Shown piece by piece: positions 8,148 to 16,324 of a stretch of DNA of 32,000 nucleotides. The notes beneath the pieces are model-generated. The model saw nothing but the letters and a program-made list of their open reading frames with translations, ran no database searches and was not told the origin of the DNA. The stretch is from Candidatus Iainarchaeum sp. GTDB lineage: Archaea > Iainarchaeota > Iainarchaeia > Iainarchaeales > CSSED10-239. Where the stretch lies: assembly GCA_028700115.1 (NCBI GenBank), contig JAQVTI010000008.1, positions 5,461-37,460 of the forward strand, given 5' to 3'. Positions within the stretch are counted from its first letter, which is position 1; each line of letters begins with the position of its first letter. The position numbers and the translations under genes are program-made.

Positions 8148-9455
8148 CTATACATGTGAAATTATATTTATATAAATTGAATCTGAAGCTGAATCAATTT
8201 GTCCAACAGAATTTTCAAAAACTACAGATCTAAAAATATGACATTCACCTAATCCACCACAATCAGAAGCAGCTATAACTATATTACCACAACTATCACT
8301 TACAATTGAATTATTTACCATCCATTTACAACTGTTAGTAGAAACCCCATTATTAGGATTAATTGTAGATTGTAAATCAATAGAATAATTATTTTCTAAA
8401 AAATCAGATCCAGTACTAGGAGAAGTAATATTTACAGTTCCAAGAGGTGTTGGATAATTTTGAGAATTACTCCAAACTAAACAATCACAACCAGAATCAT
8501 ATTCTAAAGTAGCACCATCTGTAGGATAATCCCCATCTCTATTATAAACAGCTAATTTTTGAACAGAAACAGCACCGTCTTGAATTTTATTTATATTTAC
8601 AGCATTATCTTGAATTTTATTTGCATCTATAACACCATTTCTTAATTTATCAATTGTAATTGCACCATCATCAATTTGATCTGTATAAACTGCATCATTA
8701 TCAATCTTATCTCTAGTTATTTGTTCATCAGCAATCATACTAGTAACAATACCATTATCTTTTACAGAAATTTGATTTATACAAGGTATACTACCACACA
8801 TTTGAACAATATCAATTCCTTGACCTGCATCTAAAGCTATATCCCCAGATCCACTTGCTTGATCAACACATGCTAAATATAAAGAGTTATCTTCATTATT
8901 TTTTAAAACACCTAAAACTTGTCCATCAGAACAATCTAAATATTCTGTTTCTAAATCATATAAACCAATTGTATTATTTATAATTTGATTAGAACCTACA
9001 GAATTTGTAGTAAGATTACCATTATTAATAACTCTACCATCAACCTTATCAGCAACTAATTCTACTGACCCACTATCATCATAATTTGGGTTTGGAAGAA
9101 TTAAAGTTATATCAACTAAAATACTTGAATTTTCAGTATTAAAAATTTTAACATATAATGATATAGTTTCACCGTTACCAGTAACATCATCAGTAATAGG
9201 ACCTATATAAAAACCATTAGTTAAAATATTACTAACCTCTTGAGAACTTAAACTATTATTTGTAGAACCATTATAAGAATATAATGAGTCATTATTTATT
9301 TTATAAGCTATATCAAGTCCATTAGAAACAGAACTTTCAAAAACATAATCACCAGTTACTTTCATTGTTACAGGAACATCAAATGCAAATAGATTTCCTG
9401 TAAAAAATAAACTTAAAAATAAAAAGCTAAACGCTATTATTAAATTTTTTTTCAC
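8148..9455 (-). CDS. Secreted protein with signal peptide and about 8 decapeptide (xxxKIxDGAV) repeats
   Basis: GTG start with AGGTGAT SD at 9465..9459. Signal-like MKKNLIIAFSFLFLSLFFTGNLFA. Repeats span residues 228-303. The C-terminus is Cys-containing. Confidence 0.75.
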   Translation of the reverse strand: MKKNLIIAFSFLFLSLFFTGNLFAFDVPVTMKVTGDYVFESSVSNGLDIAYKINNDSLYSYNGSTNNSLSSQEVSNILTNGFYIGPITDDVTGNGETISLYVKIFNTENSSILVDITLILPNPNYDDSGSVELVADKVDGRVINNGNLTTNSVGSNQIINNTIGLYDLETEYLDCSDGQVLGVLKNNEDNSLYLACVDQASGSGDIALDAGQGIDIVQMCGSIPCINQISVKDNGIVTSMIADEQITRDKIDNDAVYTDQIDDGAITIDKLRNGVIDANKIQDNAVNINKIQDGAVSVQKLAVYNRDGDYPTDGATLEYDSGCDCLVWSNSQNYPTPLGTVNITSPSTGSDFLENNYSIDLQSTINPNNGVSTNSCKWMVNNSIVSDSCGNIVIAASDCGGLGECHIFRSVVFENSVGQIDSASDSIYINIISHV

Positions 9456-9684
9456 TAAATCACCTTTTTCTTAAATTTTATAAAAATTATTCTTATTAAA
9501 ATTATTTTTAATAAAATTATTAATTTTATTTTTTTAAAATAATTTTGTTAATAAATTTATTTATATTATAAAATATAATAAATATAATTATATATATTAT
9601 AAAAATATTTATAAAGGTTTCACACATAATATTTCTTAATAATTTTTAAAAAATTACATTAAATAAATTAAATGTGAAATAAAA

Positions 9685-10389
9685 ATGGATGAATTAAATA
9701 AAATAAAAATTAAAAATGGAAGAATTGTTACTTCAGATAGTAATAAAAAATTTAAAAAATTAAATATGATTTTAATAATATCTATAGTTATAATAATAAT
9801 ATTAATTACAGCTATATATATTATAAAAGTAAATAAAATTGATGTAGATACACTTTGTGGAAATGGAACTTGTGATATACAAGCAGGAGAAAACAACATA
9901 AATTGCCCTTCTGATTGTAAAATAGATACTACAAATAATAACACAAATAACAATCCACAAGATACAACAAACACAAATGATCAAAACTTAGAACAAACAA
10001 CTTGTGGAAATGGAACTTGTGATAATAAAGAAACTCCTATGAATTGTCCAGAAGATTGTATTGTCCCAACAAAACCTACTTGTGGGGATGGAATCTGTAA
10101 TGGAGAAGAAAATTGTGCTTCTTGTGAAACTGATTGTGGAGCTTGCCAAGAAGAAGAACAAACAACTTGTGGAGACGGAATTTGTAACGGAGAAGAAAAT
10201 TGTTCAACTTGTGAAACTGATTGTGGAGCTTGCCAAGAAAAAGAACAAACAACTTGTGGAGACGGAATCTGTAACGGAGAAGAAACATGTTCATCTTGTG
10301 AAACAGATTGTGGAGCTTGTGGAAATTTAGCTCCTAAAATTGGAAACACTTGTGGAATTTGTTTAGAAGCATCAACTTCTATACTTTAA
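9685..10389 (+). CDS. Membrane-anchored cysteine-rich repeat protein
   Basis: N-terminal TM (MILIISIVIIIILITAIYII), two CGNGTCD...NCP(S/E)DC modules and three TCGDGICNGEE(N/T)CxxCETDCGAC modules. The four overlapping ORFs on other frames are repeat shadows. Confidence 0.8.
   Translation: MDELNKIKIKNGRIVTSDSNKKFKKLNMILIISIVIIIILITAIYIIKVNKIDVDTLCGNGTCDIQAGENNINCPSDCKIDTTNNNTNNNPQDTTNTNDQNLEQTTCGNGTCDNKETPMNCPEDCIVPTKPTCGDGICNGEENCASCETDCGACQEEEQTTCGDGICNGEENCSTCETDCGACQEKEQTTCGDGICNGEETCSSCETDCGACGNLAPKIGNTCGICLEASTSIL
10078..10320. repeat. Three tandem 87-bp (29-codon) coding repeats
   Basis: ACTTGTGG(G/A)GA(T/C)GGAAT... recurs at 10078, 10165 and 10252, an exact 87-nt period with few substitutions. 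Confidence 0.9.
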
Positions 10390-10430
10390 AATAGTTTTTT
10401 TAAAAACTATTTTTTTCTTTTTCTTTTTTT
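10389..10430 (+). terminator. Hairpin plus T-tract terminator with the same stem as 4052..4096
   Basis: AAATAGTTTTT (10389-10399) pairs with AAAAACTATTT (10402-10412), then TTTTCTTTTTCTTTTTTT. It lies between convergent genes. Confidence 0.5.
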
Positions 10431-11427
10431 ATATAAAATCTAATAAACTTTTTTGATTAATCTCAGAAATAGGTTTTGCAACAATTCCTAGTTCATTATT
10501 TATATTTCTTGCAAATTCTTTTGAAAAACCATGCATTGTATAAACTATTTTAGGATTTACTTTATCTACAAAGTCAATTAAAGATTTATAATCACTATGA
10601 TCAGATATATGAACTAATCTAGATCCTCTTGAAAAATTCCAACCAGTCATAATATAAGATGAAACAGGTTTTCTTAATTGTAATCTTAATGAATTTAAAA
10701 AATCTTTATTTATTAAAGATAAAGGCATAATTAAAATATTTGAAAAATAAATATTATGATCTAATAATTTATATTTTAGATTTTTACCATACTTATTATA
10801 AATTTCAGAAAATTTAAAAGTTGTAGAATCAACTAAAGGCACAACTCCTAAATATTGATTTATAAAAGAAATAATTTCTTGGTTTTTTCCTAAGGAATAA
10901 CCTCCTAAAACAATAAATTTCCCATCATCTAAATCTTTCTTAATATCATTTGATAAGGTATAATATAAACTTCCTCTTTCTTTAAAATCAAAAATCTTTT
11001 TTCCAAAAGTACTTTCAATAAATAAAATATCTGAATAAACTGGTTTTGCAGATTTAGATGTTAATGAAGGATTTGAATTAAAATCAGAAGTATACAAAAT
11101 AGATTTATTTTCAATATCAAACTTAAACATACAACTTCCTAGAATATGCCCAGAATCTAAGGGTGTTAATTTAATATTTTTAGTTAAATCTATTTGTTTA
11201 TTTATTTCTAAATCTCTGAAATAGAATTTAGGATTAGGCAAAATACTAATTAAAAGTTCTTGAGTTTCTTTAGTTGTATAAGTTGTTTTTGAAAGATTAC
11301 AAAAATGATCTGTATGCGCATGTGAAACTAATGCAATTGAGTTATTAATTGAATTTCTAGTAGGGTCTATACATATATTTAAGCCTTCATCTTCAATTAT
11401 TAAAAAATTAGAATATTTAAATTGCAT
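10429..11427 (-). CDS. Metallo-beta-lactamase-fold nuclease, beta-CASP-like
   Basis: HxHxDH motif (SHAHTDHF), later GHILGS, and C-terminal HISDHSDYKSLIDFV...TMHG, which is typical of beta-CASP/MBL RNA or DNA nucleases of about 330 aa. Confidence 0.65.
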   Translation of the reverse strand: MQFKYSNFLIIEDEGLNICIDPTRNSINNSIALVSHAHTDHFCNLSKTTYTTKETQELLISILPNPKFYFRDLEINKQIDLTKNIKLTPLDSGHILGSCMFKFDIENKSILYTSDFNSNPSLTSKSAKPVYSDILFIESTFGKKIFDFKERGSLYYTLSNDIKKDLDDGKFIVLGGYSLGKNQEIISFINQYLGVVPLVDSTTFKFSEIYNKYGKNLKYKLLDHNIYFSNILIMPLSLINKDFLNSLRLQLRKPVSSYIMTGWNFSRGSRLVHISDHSDYKSLIDFVDKVNPKIVYTMHGFSKEFARNINNELGIVAKPISEINQKSLLDFI

Positions 11428-11472
11428 TTTAATCTATCTATTTATTTATAAAAGTCTTTATAAATATTTATA

Positions 11473-11483
11473 TTTATAAATAT
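11473..11483 (+). promoter_or_regulatory. TATA-box candidate for tRNA-Trp
   Basis: TTTATAAATAT is centred about 26 nt upstream of the tRNA 5' end (11503), the expected archaeal TATA distance. AT-rich background lowers specificity. Confidence 0.35.
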
Positions 11484-11502
11484 ATATTAAAAACAAAATA
11501 AT

Positions 11503-11692
11503 GGGGATATAGGGTAGTCCGGTTAGCCTAACAGGCTCCAGATATTTTTTTAAATTTTTTTAAAAAAAATTTGGAACGCAAGATTATTTTTAAAAAAAAT
11601 AAAATGATTGAAAAATTACAGGTCTGCTAAATTTAAATAATTTAGAAAATAGGAGAGACCTGTTGACCTGGGTTCGAATCCCAGTGTCCCCA
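11503..11692 (+). tRNA. tRNA-Trp(CCA) with 116-nt intron at canonical position 37/38 (intron 11542..11657)
   Basis: Folded by hand. Acceptor GGGGATA/TGTCCCC, D arm GGGT/GCCT, anticodon stem ACAGG/CCTGT, loop CTCCAGA, T arm CTGGG-TTCGAAT-CCCAG, discriminator A, no encoded CCA. The exon-intron junctions form helix, 3-nt bulge, 4-bp helix (CTCC/GGAG), 3-nt bulge, 6-bp helix (TATTTT/AAAATA). Confidence 0.9.
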
Positions 11693-11754
11693 TATTCTTA
11701 TTTTAAAATAAAAAAAATTAAATAATATAAATTATTTAAAAAAAATAAAAAAAA

Positions 11755-12324
11755 TTAGAAAGAAACTTTAATATTTTTCTTTTCTAATTCAGGTGCTTCA
11801 AAAAATTCTTTTGCATCAAAATTAAACATGTTTGCAATAATATTTGATGGAAACATCTCAATCTTATTATTAAAAATCATTACAGAATCATTATAAAATT
11901 GTCTTGCAAAAGCAATTTTATTTTCAATACCAGAAAGTTCTTCTTGAAGCATTAAAAAATTTTGACTTGCTTTTAAATCAGGATAATTCTCAAAAGCAAC
12001 TTTTAATTGACCTAAAGCATTTGTAAGTTCATTATTTGCTTTTACTTTTAATGCTTGATCTTTTGCATTCATTGCTTGTGATCTAAGTTCTGTAATTTTT
12101 TGAAAAGTTGAAGCTTCATGTTTCATATAACCTTTTACAGTCTCTATAAGATTTGGTAATAAATCATATCTTTTCTTTAACTGAACATCTATTTGACTCC
12201 AAGCATTCTTTACTCTATTTCTTAGTCTTATTAGCCCATTATATACAGTTAAAATAATTATTAAAAATAAACCAATTAAAACTAATAAAACAATTAACCA
12301 AATAGCCATATTATTGACCTCCAA
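11755..12324 (-). CDS. lemA: LemA family membrane protein
   Basis: N-terminal TM followed by YNGLIRLRNRVKNAWSQIDVQLKKRYDLLPNLIETVKGYMKHE, the LemA signature. The track start TTG 12324 lies within the SD (GGAGGTC 12322..12316); the true start is probably ATG 12309. Confidence 0.9.
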   Translation of the reverse strand: MEVNNMAIWLIVLLVLIGLFLIIILTVYNGLIRLRNRVKNAWSQIDVQLKKRYDLLPNLIETVKGYMKHEASTFQKITELRSQAMNAKDQALKVKANNELTNALGQLKVAFENYPDLKASQNFLMLQEELSGIENKIAFARQFYNDSVMIFNNKIEMFPSNIIANMFNFDAKEFFEAPELEKKNIKVSF

Positions 12325-12406
12325 AAATTTATAAAATTAAATACATATATTAAAATATAATAGAAAGAAAAAGATTAAAAAGGATTGTATTATTTAATTA
12401 AAAAAA

Positions 12407-12643
12407 TTAAATAATAAATGATCTTTTTACAATACAATCTATTGGACAATTTAAAGGATTCTCTCCAAGATCATAATCACAAGTTCCATTTCCACATAAA
12501 TAATTTGAATTAACTATTGAAATTGTATCATTTATTTTTATTTGATTATATGCTGATAAATCATTTACAAAAAAAATAACTGTAAATAAAAAAATACCCA
12601 CAAATATATATACTAATAATCTATTTTGTTTCATAATATTCAC
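12407..12643 (-). CDS. Small membrane-anchored or secreted protein with one CGNGTCD...NCPxDC module
   Basis: Hydrophobic N-terminus, then LCGNGTCDYDLGENPLNCPIDC, the same module as in the 9685..10389 protein. The probable start is ATG 12634, preceded by GGTGA. Confidence 0.65.
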   Translation of the reverse strand: MNIMKQNRLLVYIFVGIFLFTVIFFVNDLSAYNQIKINDTISIVNSNYLCGNGTCDYDLGENPLNCPIDCIVKRSFII

Positions 12644-12854
12644 CGTTTGCCATTTTTTAAAAAAGTATATTTAAGTTAAATTTTTTATTAAAAAAAAGTA
12701 TTTTTTAAAAAATTTATTAGGATAGATATAAAGATACAATTTATTTATATAAAGATGTATTTATTTTTCTAAAAATAAAAATAATAAAAATTAGATTAAT
12801 GAATTCATTATAAATTAGAATAAATTAATCTAAACATAAAATAAAAAAAGAAAA

Positions 12855-15284
12855 TTATTTATTTTTAGAAACTTCTTTTTCTTTTTTAGAAACTAAAATC
12901 TTAGTTTTTATAATTGAATCAGGATTTAAACTCATAGATCCAATTTTTTCAGAAACTAAAAACTCAGCAAACTCTGGATAATCAGAAGGGGCTTGCCCAC
13001 ATATTCCAATATATTTACCCTTAGCTCTTGCAACTTCTATAACATAAGAAATTAATTCTTTTACAGCTTTATTTCTTTCATCATAAATACTTGTTAAAAG
13101 TTCTGAATTTCTATCAAGTCCTAAAGTTAATTGTGTAAGATCATTAGAACCTATACTAAATCCATCAAAAATGTCCAAGAAGTCATGTGCTAAAATCACA
13201 TTTGAAGGAACTTCACACATCCCTATAACTTTAAGACCTAGTTTTCCTTTCTCAAGTCCATTCTTTTTCATTTCTTCTAAAACTTTTTTAGCTTCAGTTG
13301 TAGTTCTACAAAAAGGAACCATAACTTCTAAGTTAATAAGACCCATTTGTTCTCTAACTCTTTTAATTGCTTCACATTCAAGTTTAAAACCTTCTTTATA
13401 GTTACCCATATAATATCTAGAAGATCCTCTCCAACCAATCATAGGATTTGCTTCAATAGGCTCATATTCTCTTCCACCAATTAAATTCGCATATTCATCT
13501 GATTTAAAATCAGAAAGTCTTAAAATAACAGGTTTAGGATAGAATGCAGATGCAATTCTTGCAATTCCTTGTGAAAGCTTATCAACAAAATATTCTTGTT
13601 TATCTTTATATCCAACAGTTAATTGATCTATTTCTTTTTTAATAGACTTATCTTTAATTTTTGAATAATTTATTAAAGCTAAAGGATGTATTTTAATCCA
13701 TGAATTTATAATAAACTCTTCTCTTGCAAGACCAACTCCATCATTTGGTAAAAAAGAATATTCAAATGCTTTTTCTGGATTTCCTATATTTAACATAATA
13801 TGTGTTTTTGTTTCTGGAAGTTTAGAAATATTTGTTATATCTATTTTATATTTTAATTTCCCAGAATAAATATATCCAAAATCTCCAGAAGAACAATCCA
13901 TTGTAATTTGAGAATTATGTTTTAAGTCTTTAGTTGCAGTCTTTGTTCCAACTATACAAGGTATACCTAATTCTCTTGCAATTATTGCAGCATGACAGGT
14001 CCTTCCACCTTTATTTGTAATAATTCCAGAAGCAATTTTCATAATAGGTTCCCAATCAGGATCAGTCATTTCAGTAACTAAAATATTTCCTTTTTTAAAA
14101 GATTCAATTTCATTTGCATCTTTTATAACATCTGCTTTTGCAGAAGCTATCTTTTGACCTACACTAATTCCTTCTAAAATAGGTTTTTTATTTTTCTCTA
14201 ATAAAACATAATTTTCTAAAATAGATTTGTTCTTTTGAGATTGAACAGTTTCTGGTCTTGCTTGAACAATATATAATTTATTTGTTTTTCCATCTAAAGC
14301 CCATTCCATATCCATTGGTTTATGATAACCTGCTTTTAAAGAATAATGCTTTTCAATAATACAAGCCCATTTTGCAAGTTGTAAAATTTGTTCTTCTGTA
14401 ATACAATACATATTTCTATGATTTAAATCAACTGAAATATTTTTAACAGGAGATTTAGACCCTTCTTTATTATATATCATCTTTATTGATTTTTGCCCAA
14501 GTTTCTTTGAAATAATAGGTTTACATCCTTTTTTATCTAATGTCTTTTTAAAAACTAAAAATTCATCTGGATTAACTGCTCCTTGAACAACATTTTCTCC
14601 AAGTCCATATGCAGCATTAATTAAAACAACATCTTTAAATCCAGTTTCAGTGTCTAAAGAAAACATTACCCCTGATGCACCTAAATCACTTCTAACCATT
14701 TTTTGAACAGTAATTGATAAAGCTATTTTAAAATGATCAAAATGTTTATCTTCTCTATAAGAAATTGCTCTATTTGTAAATAAAGATGCAAAACATTTCT
14801 TACAAGCATCAATTAATTCTTCTGGACCTTTTATATTCAAATAAGTTTCCTGTTGTCCAGCAAAAGACGCATCAGGTAAATCCTCAGCAGTAGCTGATGA
14901 TCTTACAGCAACATCTAATTCTTTTACTTTTTCTTTTTTTGAAAGTTTATAATATGCTTCAATTATCTCTTTTTTTAAATCTTCAGGAAATTCTAAATAT
15001 CTAATTAATTTTCTTACAGCTTCTCCTTTTTTTGCAAGATCAGACAAATTATGAGTATTTAGTCCTTTTAATATTTTTTTAATTTCTTTATGTGCCCCAG
15101 ATTGCTCTAATAAATATCTATAAGCATAAGCTGTAACTGAAAAACCATTTGGAACATTTACATTTTTTTGTGTAAGATTTTTATACATCTCACCTAAAGA
15201 AGCATTTTTTCCTCCAACTAAAGGTACATCTTCAATTCCTGTTTCTTCAAACCATAAAATTAATTTTTCTTCTCTTTTAACCAT
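12855..15284 (-). CDS. ppsA: Phosphoenolpyruvate synthase (pyruvate, water dikinase)
   Basis: 809 aa. N-terminal ATP-grasp (VPLVGGKNASLGEM), swivel His motif GGRTCHAAIIARELGIPCIVG and C-terminal PEP-binding barrel (SIGSNDLTQLTLG). SD-like GGAGATGA lies upstream. Confidence 0.95.
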   Translation of the reverse strand: MVKREEKLILWFEETGIEDVPLVGGKNASLGEMYKNLTQKNVNVPNGFSVTAYAYRYLLEQSGAHKEIKKILKGLNTHNLSDLAKKGEAVRKLIRYLEFPEDLKKEIIEAYYKLSKKEKVKELDVAVRSSATAEDLPDASFAGQQETYLNIKGPEELIDACKKCFASLFTNRAISYREDKHFDHFKIALSITVQKMVRSDLGASGVMFSLDTETGFKDVVLINAAYGLGENVVQGAVNPDEFLVFKKTLDKKGCKPIISKKLGQKSIKMIYNKEGSKSPVKNISVDLNHRNMYCITEEQILQLAKWACIIEKHYSLKAGYHKPMDMEWALDGKTNKLYIVQARPETVQSQKNKSILENYVLLEKNKKPILEGISVGQKIASAKADVIKDANEIESFKKGNILVTEMTDPDWEPIMKIASGIITNKGGRTCHAAIIARELGIPCIVGTKTATKDLKHNSQITMDCSSGDFGYIYSGKLKYKIDITNISKLPETKTHIMLNIGNPEKAFEYSFLPNDGVGLAREEFIINSWIKIHPLALINYSKIKDKSIKKEIDQLTVGYKDKQEYFVDKLSQGIARIASAFYPKPVILRLSDFKSDEYANLIGGREYEPIEANPMIGWRGSSRYYMGNYKEGFKLECEAIKRVREQMGLINLEVMVPFCRTTTEAKKVLEEMKKNGLEKGKLGLKVIGMCEVPSNVILAHDFLDIFDGFSIGSNDLTQLTLGLDRNSELLTSIYDERNKAVKELISYVIEVARAKGKYIGICGQAPSDYPEFAEFLVSEKIGSMSLNPDSIIKTKILVSKKEKEVSKNK

Positions 15285-15312
15285 AATTTCATCTCCATTT
15301 TAAATATAAAAA

Positions 15313-16125
15313 TCATTCAAAATATTTTTTAAAATAATTATATCTCTTAATATCTTTATTTTTTTTATAATAAATTGCACCAGTTGGACAAAAGTTATAA
15401 CACCTAGTACACATTACACATTTATTTGAAAATCTTAATTCTTTTTTTTGTTTTTTAAGTACAATATTTTTAGTAGGACAAACTTTTTCACAAAGCCCAC
15501 ATTGTATGCATTTTATATTATCATATGACCATTTAAATTTTTTTAAGAAAAAATTTGTAAAAAAATAATTTATTAAAGAAAACACATTTCTTTTTAAAAA
15601 AACAGTTTTTGGATAAACTAAATTATTTTCAAAAATTGAATTAAAATCTTTTAAAACATTTTCTTTATTTTTATCTAAAACTTCATTTATATTAGTAACA
15701 CTTTTTATATTATCACTAAAAATCGCATCAGAATTTGAAGGCATCTTATAATCAAAACCACAAACTAAATCAAAATTTTTATTTCCTAAAATATTTTTAA
15801 AAGTTTGAAAAGATCTACCAAAATTACCTGCATGTGTTAAAACAATAAAGCATTTTTTCTTATCAACAACAGCTAATTTTTTTATAAAATCTATAACATA
15901 AAAAGGAATATCAAAAGCATAAACTGGAGTTGCAAAAACTACAAAATCATATTTTGATAAAGATGGAACAGTTTTCATTTCTTCAATTCTTTTTAAATCT
16001 AGATTAATTTCTTTTTTCTTAAATAAATTACAATACTCTATAGAAATAAACTCTGTATTTCCAGTTCCAGAAAAAGAAAATAAAATTCCTTTTTTTAAAT
16101 CTTTTAAATCTACCATTAAAATCAC
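15313..16125 (-). CDS. Flavodoxin-like domain fused to a 2x[4Fe-4S] ferredoxin domain (EFR1-like)
   Basis: FSGTGNT FMN-loop-like motif at the N-terminus. Two CxxCxxCxxxCP motifs are present (CIQCGLCEKVCP, CVMCTRCYNFCP). The probable start is ATG 16116 after GTGAT. Confidence 0.7.
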   Translation of the reverse strand: MILMVDLKDLKKGILFSFSGTGNTEFISIEYCNLFKKKEINLDLKRIEEMKTVPSLSKYDFVVFATPVYAFDIPFYVIDFIKKLAVVDKKKCFIVLTHAGNFGRSFQTFKNILGNKNFDLVCGFDYKMPSNSDAIFSDNIKSVTNINEVLDKNKENVLKDFNSIFENNLVYPKTVFLKRNVFSLINYFFTNFFLKKFKWSYDNIKCIQCGLCEKVCPTKNIVLKKQKKELRFSNKCVMCTRCYNFCPTGAIYYKKNKDIKRYNYFKKYFE

Positions 16126-16324
16126 ATAAAATCAAAGATTTTTTAAAATATATTTATATATATTACAATATACTATTTAAAGATTTCTAATTTAGAAAAT
16201 AAAACATAACTTTTATGGTCAAAAGCCCTGTTTATAAAAATATAAAAATAAAAAACACTTTATTTATATAAAAATAGGTCTATTATTATATAAATAAAAA
16301 TAATTATTTTAAAAAAGATAACAA

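Noticed and set aside
9654-10349. Five extra track ORFs overlapping the Cys-rich gene (9654..9974-, 9802..9984-, 9981..10349-, 10061..10330+, 10076..10294-)
   Set aside because: They are alternative-frame or antisense readings of the same 87-bp repeats, giving low-complexity periodic products. The plus-frame Cys-module protein has a TM anchor and a paralogue elsewhere, so it is the real gene.
11542-11657. A full double-guide box C/D RNA (C, D', C', D) in the tRNA-Trp intron, as in Haloferax
   Set aside because: There is no CUGA anywhere in the intron and no C box in the 5' half. Only one C-like box (with an insertion) and one convincing antisense element exist. It is reported only as a possible degenerate half-guide.
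12793-12831. Nested palindromes downstream of ppsA (TAATGAATTCATTA at 12797..12810 within AGATTAAT...ATTAATCT)
   Set aside because: Pure A/T palindromes of this size are expected by chance in this composition. At most it is a terminator hairpin; no further support.
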